Source of the DNA: an uncultured Pseudomonadales bacterium
GTDB taxonomy: Bacteria > Patescibacteriota > Microgenomatia > UBA1400 > PJMF01
Assembly: GCA_964437755.1 (NCBI GenBank)
Contig: CAYTIA010000001.1
Coordinates: forward strand, 45,658-109,657
Direction: 5' to 3'
Length of the DNA: 64,000 nucleotides
Position 1 is the stretch's first letter. Each line of letters opens with the position of its first letter. The notes under the pieces were generated by a model. That model did no database searches, had not been told where the DNA came from, and worked only from the letters and a program-made list of their open reading frames with translations. This document shows, piece by piece, positions 28,843 through 40,994 of the stretch. A program made the position numbers and the translations under genes.

Positions 28843-29202
28843 TTACATCTTTATTTGTATATCTACTCCAGCAGGCAATTCTAAATGCATCAATGAGTCA
28901 ATAGTTTTATTTGTTGGCTCAATAATATCAATCACTCTTTTATGAGTTCTAATCTCATAATGCTCTTGAGCATTTTTATCTGCATTTGGAGCAATTAAAA
29001 CCGTAAACTCTTTTGTATGAGTTGGCAAAGGAACTGGACCAACAACTTTTGCTCCTGTAGAAAGGGCAGTTTGCAAAATTTTTCTACTAGCCTCATCAAT
29101 TACTCTATGATCATAAGATTTTAATCTTACTCTAATTTTGTTCTGATAATCGTCCTTCTTTGCTTGTTTGTCGGACTGCTTTTGATCTTGACCCTTTGCC
29201 AT
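28843..29202 (-). CDS. rpsJ: 30S ribosomal protein S10 (short N-terminal extension)
   Basis: [39 protein letters not shown]. Confidence 0.9.
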   Translation of the reverse strand: MAKGQDQKQSDKQAKKDDYQNKIRVRLKSYDHRVIDEASRKILQTALSTGAKVVGPVPLPTHTKEFTVLIAPNADKNAQEHYEIRTHKRVIDIIEPTNKTIDSLMHLELPAGVDIQIKM

Positions 29203-29327
29203 ATTCTATTCAATTGTTAAGTATAGTTATTTATTGACAGGTGGTGATTATAATAAATATTTCTCGTTTTGTACAGGCTTTTTCCAGAGTAAAAAAAACG
29301 CTCATAAGAGCTATTTTTAGCCTTAAG

Positions 29328-29372
29328 TAAAAGCAACCTCACCATTGTAGGTGAGGTTGCTTTTTTATTTTT
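29328..29372 (-). terminator. stem-loop terminator downstream of tuf (aagcaacctcacc-attgta-ggtgaggttgctt)
   Basis: 13-bp perfect inverted repeat 5-15 nt beyond the tuf stop; T-rich flank. Confidence 0.55.
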
Positions 29373-29376
29373 TCAT

Positions 29377-30573
29377 TTACTCGAGTACTTTAGTAATTGC
29401 TCCAGCTCCAACTGTAATTCCACCCTCACGAATTGCAAAACGCAATCCTTCATGAAGGGCAACTGGGGTAATTAACTCTACAGTCATTTGAGCGTTATCA
29501 CCAGGCATGACCATCTCAACTCCTTCTGGAAGTTTGATTTCACCGGTCACATCAGTGGTTCTGATGTAAAACTGAGGTTTGTAGCCAGTAAAGAATGGTT
29601 TGTGACGCCCACCCTCTTCTTTTTTAAGAATAAGAACCTCGGCTTCAAACTTTGATTTTGCCTTAACACTACCCTTAGCACAGATAACTTGACCTCTTTG
29701 GATGTCGTCCTTTTTTAGACCTCTCAATAAGAGACCAACATTATCTCCAGCTTGACCTTGATCAAGCATCTTTCTAAACATTTCTACTCCTGTTAAAGTT
29801 GTCTCGGCAGTTTCACCCATACCGATAATGTCAACAGAATCTCCAACTTTACATACACCAGCTTCGATTCTACCCGTAGCGACTGTTCCTCGACCCTTGA
29901 TTGAGAAAACATCTTCAACTGGCATTAAGAATGGCTTGTCGAGATCTCGAACTGGCTCAGGGATATATTCATCCACAGCTTCCATTAACTTCATTACTTG
30001 AGCTTGTTGGGTTTCGTCACCCTCAAGAGCTTTAAGTGCTGAGACTCTAATAATAGGAGTATCATCTCCTTCAAAGCCATATTTTGAAAGTAATTCACGA
30101 ACCTCCATCTCAACTAAATCAAGCAACTCTTCATCATCGACCATGTCAACTTTATTTAAGGCAACAATGATCTTTGGAACATTAACTTGCTTAGCAAGAA
30201 GAATGTGCTCTCTAGTTTGAGGCATTGGGCCATCAGTTGCAGAAACAACTAAGATAGCTCCATCCATCTGAGCAGCACCGGTAATCATGTTCTTGATGTA
30301 GTCCTCATGTCCTGGGGCATCAATATGAGCGTAGTGTCTTTTTTCAGTTTCGTATTCAACGTGTTTAATGTTAATAGTAATACCACGAGCTATTTCTTCC
30401 TCACTGGTTTCTACATCCTCATATTTAAGGGGTTTGTTGATATCGGTTGGAAGCTTTACAGAAAGCACTGTGGTAATAGCGGCAGTTAAAGTGGTTTTAC
30501 CATGGTCAACGTGACCAATTGTGCCAACGTTAACGTGAGGCTTAGTTCTAGCAAATGATGTTTTGTCGGACAT
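29377..30573 (-). CDS. tuf: elongation factor Tu
   Basis: [34 protein letters not shown] and the full 398-aa EF-Tu architecture. Confidence 0.95.
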   Translation of the reverse strand: MSDKTSFARTKPHVNVGTIGHVDHGKTTLTAAITTVLSVKLPTDINKPLKYEDVETSEEEIARGITINIKHVEYETEKRHYAHIDAPGHEDYIKNMITGAAQMDGAILVVSATDGPMPQTREHILLAKQVNVPKIIVALNKVDMVDDEELLDLVEMEVRELLSKYGFEGDDTPIIRVSALKALEGDETQQAQVMKLMEAVDEYIPEPVRDLDKPFLMPVEDVFSIKGRGTVATGRIEAGVCKVGDSVDIIGMGETAETTLTGVEMFRKMLDQGQAGDNVGLLLRGLKKDDIQRGQVICAKGSVKAKSKFEAEVLILKKEEGGRHKPFFTGYKPQFYIRTTDVTGEIKLPEGVEMVMPGDNAQMTVELITPVALHEGLRFAIREGGITVGAGAITKVLE

Positions 30574-30654
30574 AATGACTCCTACAATAATTAATTTTTA
30601 TTTTTAATGAATCTAATATTCTATCGTATTTTCTTGTTTCTGTCAGGGGGTAAT

Positions 30655-32793
30655 CTATTTTTGAGACCCCTTTCTTTCTTCAACGATTTTTTGAGTAATT
30701 TGTTCAGGAACTACTTCATAACGAGAAGGAAGCATAACGCTACTTGCTCGACCCTGAGTCATACTCCTGAGAATTGTAACGTATCCTTGCATCTCCGCAA
30801 GAGGTACATCAGCAGTGATGATCACAACATTACCTCTATTTTTTGTACCCTTGATACTGGCTCTACGACTACCCAAATCTCCAATAACATCTCCCATAAA
30901 GTCTTCGGGGGTTGTGACTTCAACACTCATGATTGGCTCAATTAAAACAACTTTTGTTTGTGAAAGGGCTGTTCGCAAGGCTTTTGAACCTGCCATCTTA
31001 AAAGCAATCTCACTCGAATCAACTTCATGGTATGAACCATCATAAACAGTTACTTTTAAATCAACCAATGGATAATCAGCTAAATATCCTCTTTCCATAG
31101 CATCCTGAATTCCTTTGTCGATAGGAGTAATAAACTCTTTGGGGATAACTCCACCCTTAATAGCATCAACAAACTCATAGCCTGTACCTCGATCTTTTGG
31201 TTCAACCTTAATTAAACAGTGGCCATACTGACCTCTACCTCCAGATTGTTTAATGTACTTACCCTCACCTTGAGTTTCGCTCAAGATAGTTTCTCGATAA
31301 GCAACCTGTGGTTTTCCTGTATTGGCTTCCATGCCAAATTCTCGCTTCATTCTATCAACCAAAATCTCTAAATGTAGTTCTCCCATTCCACCAATTAATG
31401 TTTGACCTGTATCATGATCAACCTTGATTTCAAAAGTTGGATCTTCAGCACTCAATTTATTAAGAGCTACACCCATCTTTTCCTGATCAGATTTTGTTTT
31501 TGGTTCAATAGCCAAATAAATAACTGGCTCAGCAAAAGTAATTCTTTCTAAAACAATAGGATGAGCATCATCGCAAAGAGTATCGCCAGTTGATGTATTT
31601 TTAAGTCCAATAATTGCCACAATTTCACCAGCCCTTGCTTCCTCAATCTCTTCTCTTTCATTTGAATGCATCAATAACAAGCGGCCAACTCTTTCTTTAG
31701 TATCAGAGCTTGAGTTGTAAACATAGCTACCTGATTTTAGAACTCCGGAATAAACACGAACATAAGTTAGTGTTCCCACGTGTGGATCAGTTTGAATCTT
31801 GAATGATAATCCACAAAATTTTTCTTCAGGAATTAGTTTTCTTTCCTCCTCTTCCTCTGTTTTTGGATTTTTACCCTTAATGCTCTCTATATCCTGAGGA
31901 GAGGGTAAATACTCGATAATAGCATCAAGCAAAACCTGAACTCCAGTATTTTTAAATGAACTCCCTCCAAAAACTGGCACCAAACTATAATTAATGGTAG
32001 CTTTTCTAAGAGCAGCCTTGAGCTCATTAATTTCTAGCTCTTGTTCCATTAAAAACTTTTCCATTAGTGCATCATCTGTTTCGGCAATGGCCTCAACTAA
32101 CTCAGCTCTTTTTTGCTCAACCAAATCTTTGTACTCTTCGGGAATCTCTTTAATTTCAGGTTCGGTGTCTTCAGACGAATCTTTCCAAAACAAAGCTCTT
32201 CTTTCTAAAAGTTGAATTACTCCTGAAAAACTGTTCTCAGCCCCCATCGTTAAAACCATTACTGCTGGCTTAACACCAAACTTATCCTTTATGTCCTGAA
32301 CTGTCATATCGAAGTCTGCACCAAGTTTATCCATTTTGTTAATCCAACAAATTCTTGGAACATTGTATTTATCAGCTTGTCTCCAAACAGTTTCAGATTG
32401 AGACTGAACTCCCTCACTAGCATCCAAAACAGTGACGCCACCATCAAGAACTCTTAATGAGCGCTCAACTTCAGCAGTAAAATCCACGTGTCCTGGAGTA
32501 TCAATTAGGTTGATTCGGTAATCTGCAGTTGGTAAGTGTGCTTGATCAAAATACTGCTTCCAAAATGTGGTGGTTGCAGCCGATTGGATAGTAATACCTC
32601 TTTCTTGTTCTTGTTCCATCCAGTCCATGGTGGCAGCACCAGAATCTACCTCACCTATTTTGTAGTTTCTGCCTGTATAAAACAAAATTCTTTCGCTGGT
32701 AGTTGTTTTTCCTGCATCAATATGGGCAATAATACCGATATTTCTTACCCTCTCGAGAGGAACTTGCTTATGATAACTGGGTTTGTCTGACAT
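30655..32793 (-). CDS. fusA: elongation factor G
   Basis: [27 protein letters not shown] and five-domain architecture, 712 aa. Confidence 0.95.
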   Translation of the reverse strand: MSDKPSYHKQVPLERVRNIGIIAHIDAGKTTTSERILFYTGRNYKIGEVDSGAATMDWMEQEQERGITIQSAATTTFWKQYFDQAHLPTADYRINLIDTPGHVDFTAEVERSLRVLDGGVTVLDASEGVQSQSETVWRQADKYNVPRICWINKMDKLGADFDMTVQDIKDKFGVKPAVMVLTMGAENSFSGVIQLLERRALFWKDSSEDTEPEIKEIPEEYKDLVEQKRAELVEAIAETDDALMEKFLMEQELEINELKAALRKATINYSLVPVFGGSSFKNTGVQVLLDAIIEYLPSPQDIESIKGKNPKTEEEEERKLIPEEKFCGLSFKIQTDPHVGTLTYVRVYSGVLKSGSYVYNSSSDTKERVGRLLLMHSNEREEIEEARAGEIVAIIGLKNTSTGDTLCDDAHPIVLERITFAEPVIYLAIEPKTKSDQEKMGVALNKLSAEDPTFEIKVDHDTGQTLIGGMGELHLEILVDRMKREFGMEANTGKPQVAYRETILSETQGEGKYIKQSGGRGQYGHCLIKVEPKDRGTGYEFVDAIKGGVIPKEFITPIDKGIQDAMERGYLADYPLVDLKVTVYDGSYHEVDSSEIAFKMAGSKALRTALSQTKVVLIEPIMSVEVTTPEDFMGDVIGDLGSRRASIKGTKNRGNVVIITADVPLAEMQGYVTILRSMTQGRASSVMLPSRYEVVPEQITQKIVEERKGSQK

Positions 32794-32861
32794 ACGATAT
32801 TACTTTAGTATTTTAATAACAACAATAACGGGCTTACTCACAAATATTTCCCTTGAGAAAA

Positions 32862-33338
32862 TTACCATCTAAAATGAGCAAAAGCTTTATTGGCTTCAGC
32901 CATTCTGTGAGAGGTATTACGTCTAGCAATTGAGCCACCTTCTTGATTCATAGCATCCAACATTTCAGCAGCTAATTTTTCTGCAAAACTGTGATACTTG
33001 GCATTTGGTCTTTTGTTAGCCTCAATTACTAACCAGCGAACTGCTAATGAGCTTGCTCTTCTTGTTTTTACTGGAGTTGGAACTTGATAAGATGCACCAC
33101 CAACTCTACGAGATCTAACCTCCATTTTTGGAGCAACCACATCAACTAGTTCATCAAGAAATTCCACTGGAGATTTCTTGGATTCTTTAGACACTATTTC
33201 AAGTGCTTGATAGACTTGTTTGGCAGCAACTAATTTTTTACCACCCTTCATTGAGCGGTTGATCAATTTACTAACCAAAACGGAGCCAAACTTTTGATCA
33301 GGCTCAGTTGTTCGAAGATAATTTTTTTTAGTTCTCAT
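32862..33338 (-). CDS. rpsG: 30S ribosomal protein S7
   Basis: LINRSMKGGKKLVAAKQVYQALEIV ... C-terminal AHFRW. Confidence 0.9.
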   Translation of the reverse strand: MRTKKNYLRTTEPDQKFGSVLVSKLINRSMKGGKKLVAAKQVYQALEIVSKESKKSPVEFLDELVDVVAPKMEVRSRRVGGASYQVPTPVKTRRASSLAVRWLVIEANKRPNAKYHSFAEKLAAEMLDAMNQEGGSIARRNTSHRMAEANKAFAHFRW

Positions 33339-33346
33339 GGCTTTTC

Positions 33347-33754
33347 TTATGATTTCTTAACACCGTACTTACTTCTACTTGATTTTCTGCCATCAACTCC
33401 AGAGCAATCATAAACTCCTCTAACAATGTGATATTTCACACCTGGAAGGTCTTTAACTCTTCCTCCCCTGACCAAAACAATGCTGTGTTCAGCTAAATTA
33501 TGACCCTCACCCTGAATATAAGCAGTAATCTCAACTTTATTTGATAACCTAACTCTAGCCACTTTACGAAGAGCAGAGTTTGGTTTTTTTGGAGTCATTG
33601 TTTTAACCACAGTACAAACACCTCTTTTTTGAGGATTCGTAGCTTTGGAGATCATTCCAGAATTACTATTAAAGTTTCTACGTAAAGCAGTAGCTTTAAT
33701 ATTTTTTCTTTTAGTTGATCGACCTTTTCTTATCAATTGGTTAATTGTAGGCAT
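33347..33754 (-). CDS. rpsL: 30S ribosomal protein S12
   Basis: [12 protein letters not shown]...[18 protein letters not shown]. Confidence 0.95.
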   Translation of the reverse strand: MPTINQLIRKGRSTKRKNIKATALRRNFNSNSGMISKATNPQKRGVCTVVKTMTPKKPNSALRKVARVRLSNKVEITAYIQGEGHNLAEHSIVLVRGGRVKDLPGVKYHIVRGVYDCSGVDGRKSSRSKYGVKKS

Positions 33755-33863
33755 AAAACTTTCTTTTGTTATCTACTGGCTCATGTTATTTAACCCAAGC
33801 TGCAGACTACAGATTGTAACACGAGTTTAATTTTTTTTCAGGACCATTTTTATTTTGTCTAAG

Positions 33864-36800
33864 TTATAAACTTGATTCTAGCTCTGCGCCAAAATCCTCA
33901 ATCTCAATTACTTGCGATTGGTCAATCTCTGGCTGCACTTGTTCAGTTTCCTCTTCGTCGCTGGCTAAACCCAATCTTTTTGCAGTTGTTGGAATCAAGC
34001 GTCCAATAATAACATTTTCTTTAAGTCCATCCAAGTAATCGATACTACCAACTGAAGCAGCATCTGTTAACACTTGCTTAGTGTGTTGGAAGGAGGCAGC
34101 TGATAACCAAGAATCGGTATAAAGCGCACTTCTGGTAATACCTAACAATAGTACTTCTGCTGAGGCTGGTTCCCCACCGGCTACCATTGCGTCTTCATTT
34201 ATTTCAACAAATGCGCTTCTAGAAATTACCTCGCCAATCATCAATGTTGTATCTCCAGAATCGGTTACTCTTAACTTATCTCCCATCTTTCTAGCGATAA
34301 CCTCAAAATGACGATCATTGATGCCAATTCCTTGAGATTCATACACGCTCTGAGCTTGATCAACTATATCTAGTTGAGTGGCTAACAAGCCCCGTACTTT
34401 GAGAAGTTCTCCATGATCTACAGAGCCCAAAGTAATTTGTTGTCCAGCATAAACCAAATCTTTATCTTCTACAGCCAATTTGGCATTATTTGGCAATGTA
34501 TAAACTTGAACCTCATCATCTGTGGTCGAACGAACCTCAACCACCTTTTCACCATCTTGCTCTCCAATAGAAACTTTTCCAGCAATAGTGGTAATAATAG
34601 ATTTTGACTTAGGTGTTCTTACTTCAAAAACTTCCTCAACTCTTGGCAAACCCTGAGTAACATCGAGACCAACGATTCCAGCCGAATGCTTAGTTCTCAT
34701 GGTCAATTGAGTACCTGGCTCACCAATTGATTGAGCAGCTACCACTCCGACTGGAGTGCCAACTGATACCAACTCTCTGCTCGAGAAATCTTTTCCGTAA
34801 CAGTGAACACAGATGCCTTTTCTTGATTGGCATGTTAATGGAGATCTCACCTTGACTTGTTGAATATTCTCAGATTGGTCAATCACGCTAGCTATCTCAG
34901 GAGAAATAACTTCTCCTTGTTTAACTAGAGTTTTTTTACCATCCTTAATATCCTCCAGAGAAATTCTTCCCGTAACTCTCTGATAAAAAGCTTCTCTGCG
35001 ACTTTCCTTAGATACAATTATTCCTTGAGTTGTTCCGCAGTCTTCTTCTCTAATAATAAGATCGTGGGATACATCAACCAAGCGGCGAGTCAGATATCCA
35101 GCATTAGCAGTTTTTAAAGCTGAGTCGGTTAATCCTTTTCTTGAACCTCTAGCTGAGTTGACATACTCAAAGATGCTTAAACCTTCACGGAAGTTTGATT
35201 TAGTAGGCATCTCCACAATATTTCCTAGTGGATCAACAACCAAACCTCTCATGGCAGCTAACTGCTTAACCTGATCTTTAGAGGCACGAGTTCCTCCAGA
35301 TTTAATAATAATTTTTAGAGCATTATCTTCATCATAAGAATTCCATGTTAAATCGGCAACATTTTCTGTTGTATCCATCCAAATATCAAAGTTCTTTTTT
35401 CTTCTTTCTTTATTTGAAATTAATCCATGTTGAAAATTTTTATGAACTTTTTCTGCTTGCTTGTTAGCTTCAGTAATAATCTCATCTTTATTCTCTAAAA
35501 TTTTACAGTCAGTAACACTAACTGAAATTCCTGAACGTGTTGCTGCTCTAAAACCAAGATCTTTAATATCATCAATAATTCTCGACACCTCTTCTTCATC
35601 ATAATCTTCAATTGCTTGAGCCACAATTTCTTTAACTTTTTCTGAATTTACCTCTTCATTTATATAAGAAGTGTTATCGGGTAAAATCTCATTAAACTCT
35701 AATCTACCAAAAGTAGTAGTAATAATTTGAGATTTTTTACCCTTATTTATTCTTACTTTGATAGGTTGGTGTAAAGAAATTTTACCAATTTGATAAGCGT
35801 GAGTGGCCTCATCCTTACTTGCAAAAACTGTTGAATACTCTTCTAAAGATGAGTTCATCATTGTGTGATAATAGACACCCATAACCATTTCTTTATTAGG
35901 AACAGTGATTGGTTGGCTATTAGCTGGCTTTAACAAATTTTTTGTAGCCATCATTAAATCTCTGGCTTCTTGTTTTGCCTCTTCAGTTAGTGGAAGATGA
36001 ACTGCCATTTGATCACCATCAAAGTCAGCATTATAACCAGCACAAACACAAGGATGAATCTTAATAGCTCTACCATCAATTAATTTAGGATAGAAAGCTA
36101 AAATTCCAAGCTTGTGTAATGTAGGTGCGCGGTTAAGAAGAACAGGATGGTTCTTAGTTACTTTTTCAAGTACATCGTATACCTCTGGTTCTCTTCGATC
36201 TACTAAATTTCTAGCACTCTTAACGTTGGGAGCAATACCTTGCAAAATTAACTCATGAAAAACATAAGGCTTAAACATCTCTAAAGCCATATCCTTTGGT
36301 AGTCCACACTCATTTAGTCTTAACTCAGGACCAACAATGATAACGCTACGACCTGAATAATCGACTCTTTTTCCAAGAAGATTGCGACGGAAACGACCCT
36401 TTTTACCTTTGAGCATATCTGACAAAGATTTTAGAGGGACTCTACTTGAACGAGTATTTCGAGTAACTTTGGTATCGATTAATGAATCAACAGCCTCTTG
36501 AAGCATACGCTTCTCATTTCTCAAGATTATCTCTGGAGCACCTAAATGAATCAGGTGTTTTAGACGGTTATTTCTATTAATAACTCTTCTGTATAAATCA
36601 TTAAGATCTGAAGAAGCAAATCTTCCACCAGAAAGTTGAACCATAGGCCTTAAGTCTGGAGGAATAACTGGCAAAATCTTCATAAACATCCAGCGAGGAT
36701 CAAGTTGAGCTTGGCGAAAACCTTCAATAACCTTAAGTCTTTTAATATAGTTAGCTGTTCTAACTTGACTCTTGCTCTCTTCTAGTTTGGTACGTAACTC

Positions 36801-37664
36801 TTCTTCTAAGTTGTCAAGATCTGTCTCTTCTACCAAACGGTAGATACTTTCAGCTCCCATACCAACTTCAATAAAGCCTTCAGCTTTATAATCGATAAGT
36901 TTAATATATTCATCTTCTGTTAAAACTGATTTTTTCTTGATACGCTTGACCATTGATTTGATCGCATCATAAATATCGTTATTTCTTTCAACTTCTTTTT
37001 GAAGTTCTTGCTTAACCTCAACCATTTCACGCTTGGCCTTTAATGAAAGATCTTCAAGCTTCATGGCTAAAGTTTCTTCTTTGCCTTTTTTATCTTTAAG
37101 TTGTTCTTTGAGTTTATTTTGGTCTTCTTGAAGTTTTAGCTTTATCTCTTCAATTTTGGATTTGGCAAGTTGACGAAGATTTTCCTCATCTTTCACCTTA
37201 TCAACATCAAGATTATCAACAGTTAAAGAACGGTTATTTTCATCGACCGATAAAACTACATATTGAGAGAAGTAAACAACTGACTGCAAATCTCTTGGAG
37301 AAATACCCAAAAGACGTGAAAGTTTTGATGGGGCTCCTCTGAAGAACCAAACATGAGCAACTGGAGCTGCTAGCTCAATATGACCCATTCTTTCTCTTCT
37401 AACACTTGAGTGAGTGACTTCAACACCACATTTATCGCAAATAATACCCTTGAAACGACGTCTTTTGTATTTTCCGCAATGACATTCGTAATCCTTAACT
37501 GGACCAAATATCTTTTCATCAAACAAACCATCTTTTTCTGGTTTGAGAGAACGGTAGTTAATTGTTTCTGGTTCTTTAACCTCTCCGTGTGACCATTCCA
37601 GCATTTCTTCTGGAGAAGCCAATCTAATTTGAAGTGCGCTAAAGTCTATTATGTTTTTAATCAT
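33864..37664 (-). CDS. rpoC: DNA-directed RNA polymerase beta' subunit
   Basis: Zn-finger CHCGKYKRRRFKGIICDKCGVEV, catalytic NADFDGDQMAVH, 1266 aa. Confidence 0.95.
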   Translation of the reverse strand: MIKNIIDFSALQIRLASPEEMLEWSHGEVKEPETINYRSLKPEKDGLFDEKIFGPVKDYECHCGKYKRRRFKGIICDKCGVEVTHSSVRRERMGHIELAAPVAHVWFFRGAPSKLSRLLGISPRDLQSVVYFSQYVVLSVDENNRSLTVDNLDVDKVKDEENLRQLAKSKIEEIKLKLQEDQNKLKEQLKDKKGKEETLAMKLEDLSLKAKREMVEVKQELQKEVERNNDIYDAIKSMVKRIKKKSVLTEDEYIKLIDYKAEGFIEVGMGAESIYRLVEETDLDNLEEELRTKLEESKSQVRTANYIKRLKVIEGFRQAQLDPRWMFMKILPVIPPDLRPMVQLSGGRFASSDLNDLYRRVINRNNRLKHLIHLGAPEIILRNEKRMLQEAVDSLIDTKVTRNTRSSRVPLKSLSDMLKGKKGRFRRNLLGKRVDYSGRSVIIVGPELRLNECGLPKDMALEMFKPYVFHELILQGIAPNVKSARNLVDRREPEVYDVLEKVTKNHPVLLNRAPTLHKLGILAFYPKLIDGRAIKIHPCVCAGYNADFDGDQMAVHLPLTEEAKQEARDLMMATKNLLKPANSQPITVPNKEMVMGVYYHTMMNSSLEEYSTVFASKDEATHAYQIGKISLHQPIKVRINKGKKSQIITTTFGRLEFNEILPDNTSYINEEVNSEKVKEIVAQAIEDYDEEEVSRIIDDIKDLGFRAATRSGISVSVTDCKILENKDEIITEANKQAEKVHKNFQHGLISNKERRKKNFDIWMDTTENVADLTWNSYDEDNALKIIIKSGGTRASKDQVKQLAAMRGLVVDPLGNIVEMPTKSNFREGLSIFEYVNSARGSRKGLTDSALKTANAGYLTRRLVDVSHDLIIREEDCGTTQGIIVSKESRREAFYQRVTGRISLEDIKDGKKTLVKQGEVISPEIASVIDQSENIQQVKVRSPLTCQSRKGICVHCYGKDFSSRELVSVGTPVGVVAAQSIGEPGTQLTMRTKHSAGIVGLDVTQGLPRVEEVFEVRTPKSKSIITTIAGKVSIGEQDGEKVVEVRSTTDDEVQVYTLPNNAKLAVEDKDLVYAGQQITLGSVDHGELLKVRGLLATQLDIVDQAQSVYESQGIGINDRHFEVIARKMGDKLRVTDSGDTTLMIGEVISRSAFVEINEDAMVAGGEPASAEVLLLGITRSALYTDSWLSAASFQHTKQVLTDAASVGSIDYLDGLKENVIIGRLIPTTAKRLGLASDEEETEQVQPEIDQSQVIEIEDFGAELESSL

Positions 37665-37712
37665 GGTGGTGAGTGTTGTTGCTTGTTAACGTTTTTTTAT
37701 AGTAAAAATAAT

Positions 37713-40700
37713 TTATTGATCAATGACTTCATCATCCTCATCGTCTTCTTTAAGATCTAAAGGCATGACATCTAAACCTAACGCGTTAAGCTCTCTCATC
37801 AAAACCCTAAATGACTCTGGAATATTTGGAGGAGGAATTGGAATTCCTTTAACCATAGCTTTAAATGCCTTGGCTCTTCCACTTATATCGTCAGATTTAA
37901 TAGTCAACATTTCTTGTAGAGTGTGTGCAGCTTTATGAGATTCAAGTGCCCATACCTCCATTTCTCCTAGTCTTTGTCCACCCATCTGAGCTTTACCTCC
38001 AAGAGGTTGCTGTGTTACTAGAGAATAAGGTCCTGTTGAACGAGCGTGAACTTTATCATCAACCATATGAACAAGTTTTAAAATATAAGCCACACCAACA
38101 GCGGTTGTCTCTTGATAAGCCTCACCGGTTCTACCATCATATAGTTGAGCCTTCCCATCGGCAGGTAAGCCTGCTTTCTTTAGCTCTTCCCAGATTAACT
38201 CTTCTTTAAAGCTCTCAAAAACTGGTAATGCAACTTTATATCCAAGTTTTTGGGCTGCCCAACCAAGGTGAGCTTCAAGTAACTGACCTAAGTTCATTCT
38301 AGCCAAAACTGAGAGAGGAGAGATAATAATATCAACTGGAGTACCATCCTCTAAGTGAGGCATGTCAGCAATGGGGACTATTCTTGAAATAACACCTTTA
38401 TTACCATGACGTCCAGCTAATTTATCTCCAACCTTGATTTTCCTTTTTTCTGCTACTCTAACTGAAATTTGTTGTAAAACTCCTGGGTCTAACTCGTCTC
38501 CCTCATCTCTATCCAAAACCTTGACATCAATAACAGTTCCACTTTCGCCATGAGGCATTCTTAAGGAAGTATCTCTGACTTCTTTAGATTTTTCACCAAA
38601 AATAGCTCTAAGCAATCTTTCTTCGGAACTGAGCTCTGTTTCTCCTTTAGGAGCAACTTTTCCGACGAGAATATCTCCTGAATTAACCTCACTGCCAATG
38701 CGCACTATTCCATCCTCAGTAAGGTTGGCAAGATAACTTTCGGCAACATTAGGAATATCATTGGTTAACTCTTCAGGTCCCAAACGAGTATCCATTACTC
38801 TAGCTTCATGTTCACTTATGTGGACTGAAGTTAACAAATCTTCTTTAACCAATCTTTCTGAAACCACAATGGCATCTTCAAATCCCAAACCATCAAAAGA
38901 CGTATAGGCAATTAATAAGTTTGTGCCAAGAGCTAACTCTCCATGATCTGCGGCAGGACCATCAATAATAAGGTCGCCCTTTTTAACCTTGTCGCCAATA
39001 TTAACTAGTGGTTTTTGTGAATAGCTAGTACTTTGAGAAGTTCTCTCGAATTTTTTGATAAAATAAATTTCCTTATCTCCATTCAAAGAAACATTCTCTC
39101 GTCCATGAAGAGAGTGTAAAGTTTCAGCATCATTTAGCTCTGCTTTGTTAAGTCTAATTTCAACTCTTTTTCCATCAACATACTCAACAACCCCACCATG
39201 TAGAGCTCTAATAGTATGATTCATGGCACTTGCCACAGCTTCTTCCATACCTGTACCAACAATAGGTGCTTCTGGCTTTACCAAAGGTACTGCCTGACAT
39301 TGCATGTGGCTACCCATAAGAGCACGTGTGGTTTCATCGTTAGCAATAAATGGAATTAATGATGCTGAGGTACCAACCACCTGTCTTGGAACCACGTCAA
39401 TAAACTCAACCTGAGTTGCTGGTCCTTCTAAAAACTGATTTTGGTGACGGAAAGGTACCCATTCTTGAGTGATATAACCATTGTCATCAACATCAATTTC
39501 AGCATGAGTAATTTTGTAGTCTTCTTCTTCATCGGCTGCCATATAAACAACCTCATCAGCGACCTTCATTTTTCCATTTTTCTCTTCAACCTTATTATAA
39601 GGAGCTTCCAAGAATCCATACTCATTTACGTGTGTATATAAAGCAAGGTAAGTAACTAAACCAATATTTTGTCCTTCAGGAGAACGAACCGGACAAATTC
39701 TTGAATACTGTGAAGCATTGATGTCACGCATAGAGAAAGAGGCTCTTTCTCTGGTAACACCACCAGAGCCTAGTACAGACAAACGCCTTAAGTTATCAAT
39801 TTCTGCCAAAGGATTAACTTGATCCAAGATAGCTGAAAGTCTATTTCTTCTAAAAAACTGTGAAACAGTTGCGATAAGAGGTCGAGCATTAACTAGAGCT
39901 GAAGGAGTAAGACTCGAATCAGTCTTGGTCAAAGACATCTTCTCTCGAATTGATCTTTCTAAACGAATTAATCCTATGCGGAAAGCTGTATCTTTAACTA
40001 ACTCGCCGACACATCTAACACGACGATTGCTAAGATGATCTATATCATCAACTTTCCCCGTACCGTTTTGTAATTGAATTAAATACTTGATTGTAGCAAC
40101 CACATCCTCTTTTGAAAGAACGGTGTTTTCAAAATCAACATCAATTTTGAGTCTGCGATTAAGCTTATATCTACCAACTTTTCCTAGGTTATATCTTCTC
40201 TCATCAAAAAAGTGAGACTTAAAATATTCTCTTGCTGTATCTAAAGTGGCTGGCTCACCTGGTCTTAGTTTTTCATAAATCTCAATTAAAGCTTCTTCTT
40301 TTGTATGAGTGTCATCTTTATCAAGAGTATTTTGTAATAAATCATACTCATCTTTATCCAGAATATCTTTATAAAGATCAAGAATTTCCTCATCTGATTC
40401 AACTCCAAGAGCTCTTAATAAAACAGTGGCGGGCATCTTGCGTCTGCGATCAATCTTGACAGTAATTACATTTCTTCTACCAACTACAAACTCAATCCAA
40501 GAACCACGCATTGGTCTCAACTCAGCAGAATAATAAACCTCTCCAGTTGATTGGTATTCTTCACCGGAAAAAGATACTCCTGGAGCTCTTACTAGCTGAG
40601 TAACAATTCCACGTTCGATTCCATTTACAATAAATGTTCCAACAGGAGTCATTTTAGGCACATCACCCATAAAAACATCCTGGGTTCTTCTTTCACCAGT

Positions 40701-40994
40701 ACGCTTGTTAATCAAAGTAGCCTCTACATAGAGAGGCATGTCATAGGTTAAATTTTTTTCTTTTGCAATTGAGGGAGTAGTTTTAGCTTCACCTAATCGA
40801 TGTTCACCAAACTTAAGTTGCCAGTTTTTTCCTGTGTAATCTTCAATTCCTCTTCCAGCATTGACTTGCTCTAATGCCTCCTTAATTCCGCTATCTAAAA
40901 ACTCTTGATAGCTCTTTTGCTGAAGTGCAATAAGATCAAGTTTGGGGAGACTTTTTTTTACTTTTCCCCAATTTTGGCGCTGGCTGGTTGACAT
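37713..40994 (-). CDS. rpoB: DNA-directed RNA polymerase beta subunit
   Basis: 1093 aa; conserved beta regions (LSVLGSGGVTRERASFSMRDIN..., GEMEVWALE). Confidence 0.95.
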   Translation of the reverse strand: MSTSQRQNWGKVKKSLPKLDLIALQQKSYQEFLDSGIKEALEQVNAGRGIEDYTGKNWQLKFGEHRLGEAKTTPSIAKEKNLTYDMPLYVEATLINKRTGERRTQDVFMGDVPKMTPVGTFIVNGIERGIVTQLVRAPGVSFSGEEYQSTGEVYYSAELRPMRGSWIEFVVGRRNVITVKIDRRRKMPATVLLRALGVESDEEILDLYKDILDKDEYDLLQNTLDKDDTHTKEEALIEIYEKLRPGEPATLDTAREYFKSHFFDERRYNLGKVGRYKLNRRLKIDVDFENTVLSKEDVVATIKYLIQLQNGTGKVDDIDHLSNRRVRCVGELVKDTAFRIGLIRLERSIREKMSLTKTDSSLTPSALVNARPLIATVSQFFRRNRLSAILDQVNPLAEIDNLRRLSVLGSGGVTRERASFSMRDINASQYSRICPVRSPEGQNIGLVTYLALYTHVNEYGFLEAPYNKVEEKNGKMKVADEVVYMAADEEEDYKITHAEIDVDDNGYITQEWVPFRHQNQFLEGPATQVEFIDVVPRQVVGTSASLIPFIANDETTRALMGSHMQCQAVPLVKPEAPIVGTGMEEAVASAMNHTIRALHGGVVEYVDGKRVEIRLNKAELNDAETLHSLHGRENVSLNGDKEIYFIKKFERTSQSTSYSQKPLVNIGDKVKKGDLIIDGPAADHGELALGTNLLIAYTSFDGLGFEDAIVVSERLVKEDLLTSVHISEHEARVMDTRLGPEELTNDIPNVAESYLANLTEDGIVRIGSEVNSGDILVGKVAPKGETELSSEERLLRAIFGEKSKEVRDTSLRMPHGESGTVIDVKVLDRDEGDELDPGVLQQISVRVAEKRKIKVGDKLAGRHGNKGVISRIVPIADMPHLEDGTPVDIIISPLSVLARMNLGQLLEAHLGWAAQKLGYKVALPVFESFKEELIWEELKKAGLPADGKAQLYDGRTGEAYQETTAVGVAYILKLVHMVDDKVHARSTGPYSLVTQQPLGGKAQMGGQRLGEMEVWALESHKAAHTLQEMLTIKSDDISGRAKAFKAMVKGIPIPPPNIPESFRVLMRELNALGLDVMPLDLKEDDEDDEVIDQ

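Noticed and set aside
29203-29376. Possible small gene or RNA between rpsJ and tuf
   Set aside because: No ORF with start/RBS. The region is explained by the tuf terminator hairpin plus an AT-rich promoter-like segment (TTGACA/TATAAT-like hexamers with non-canonical spacing) for the S10 operon. Left uncalled.
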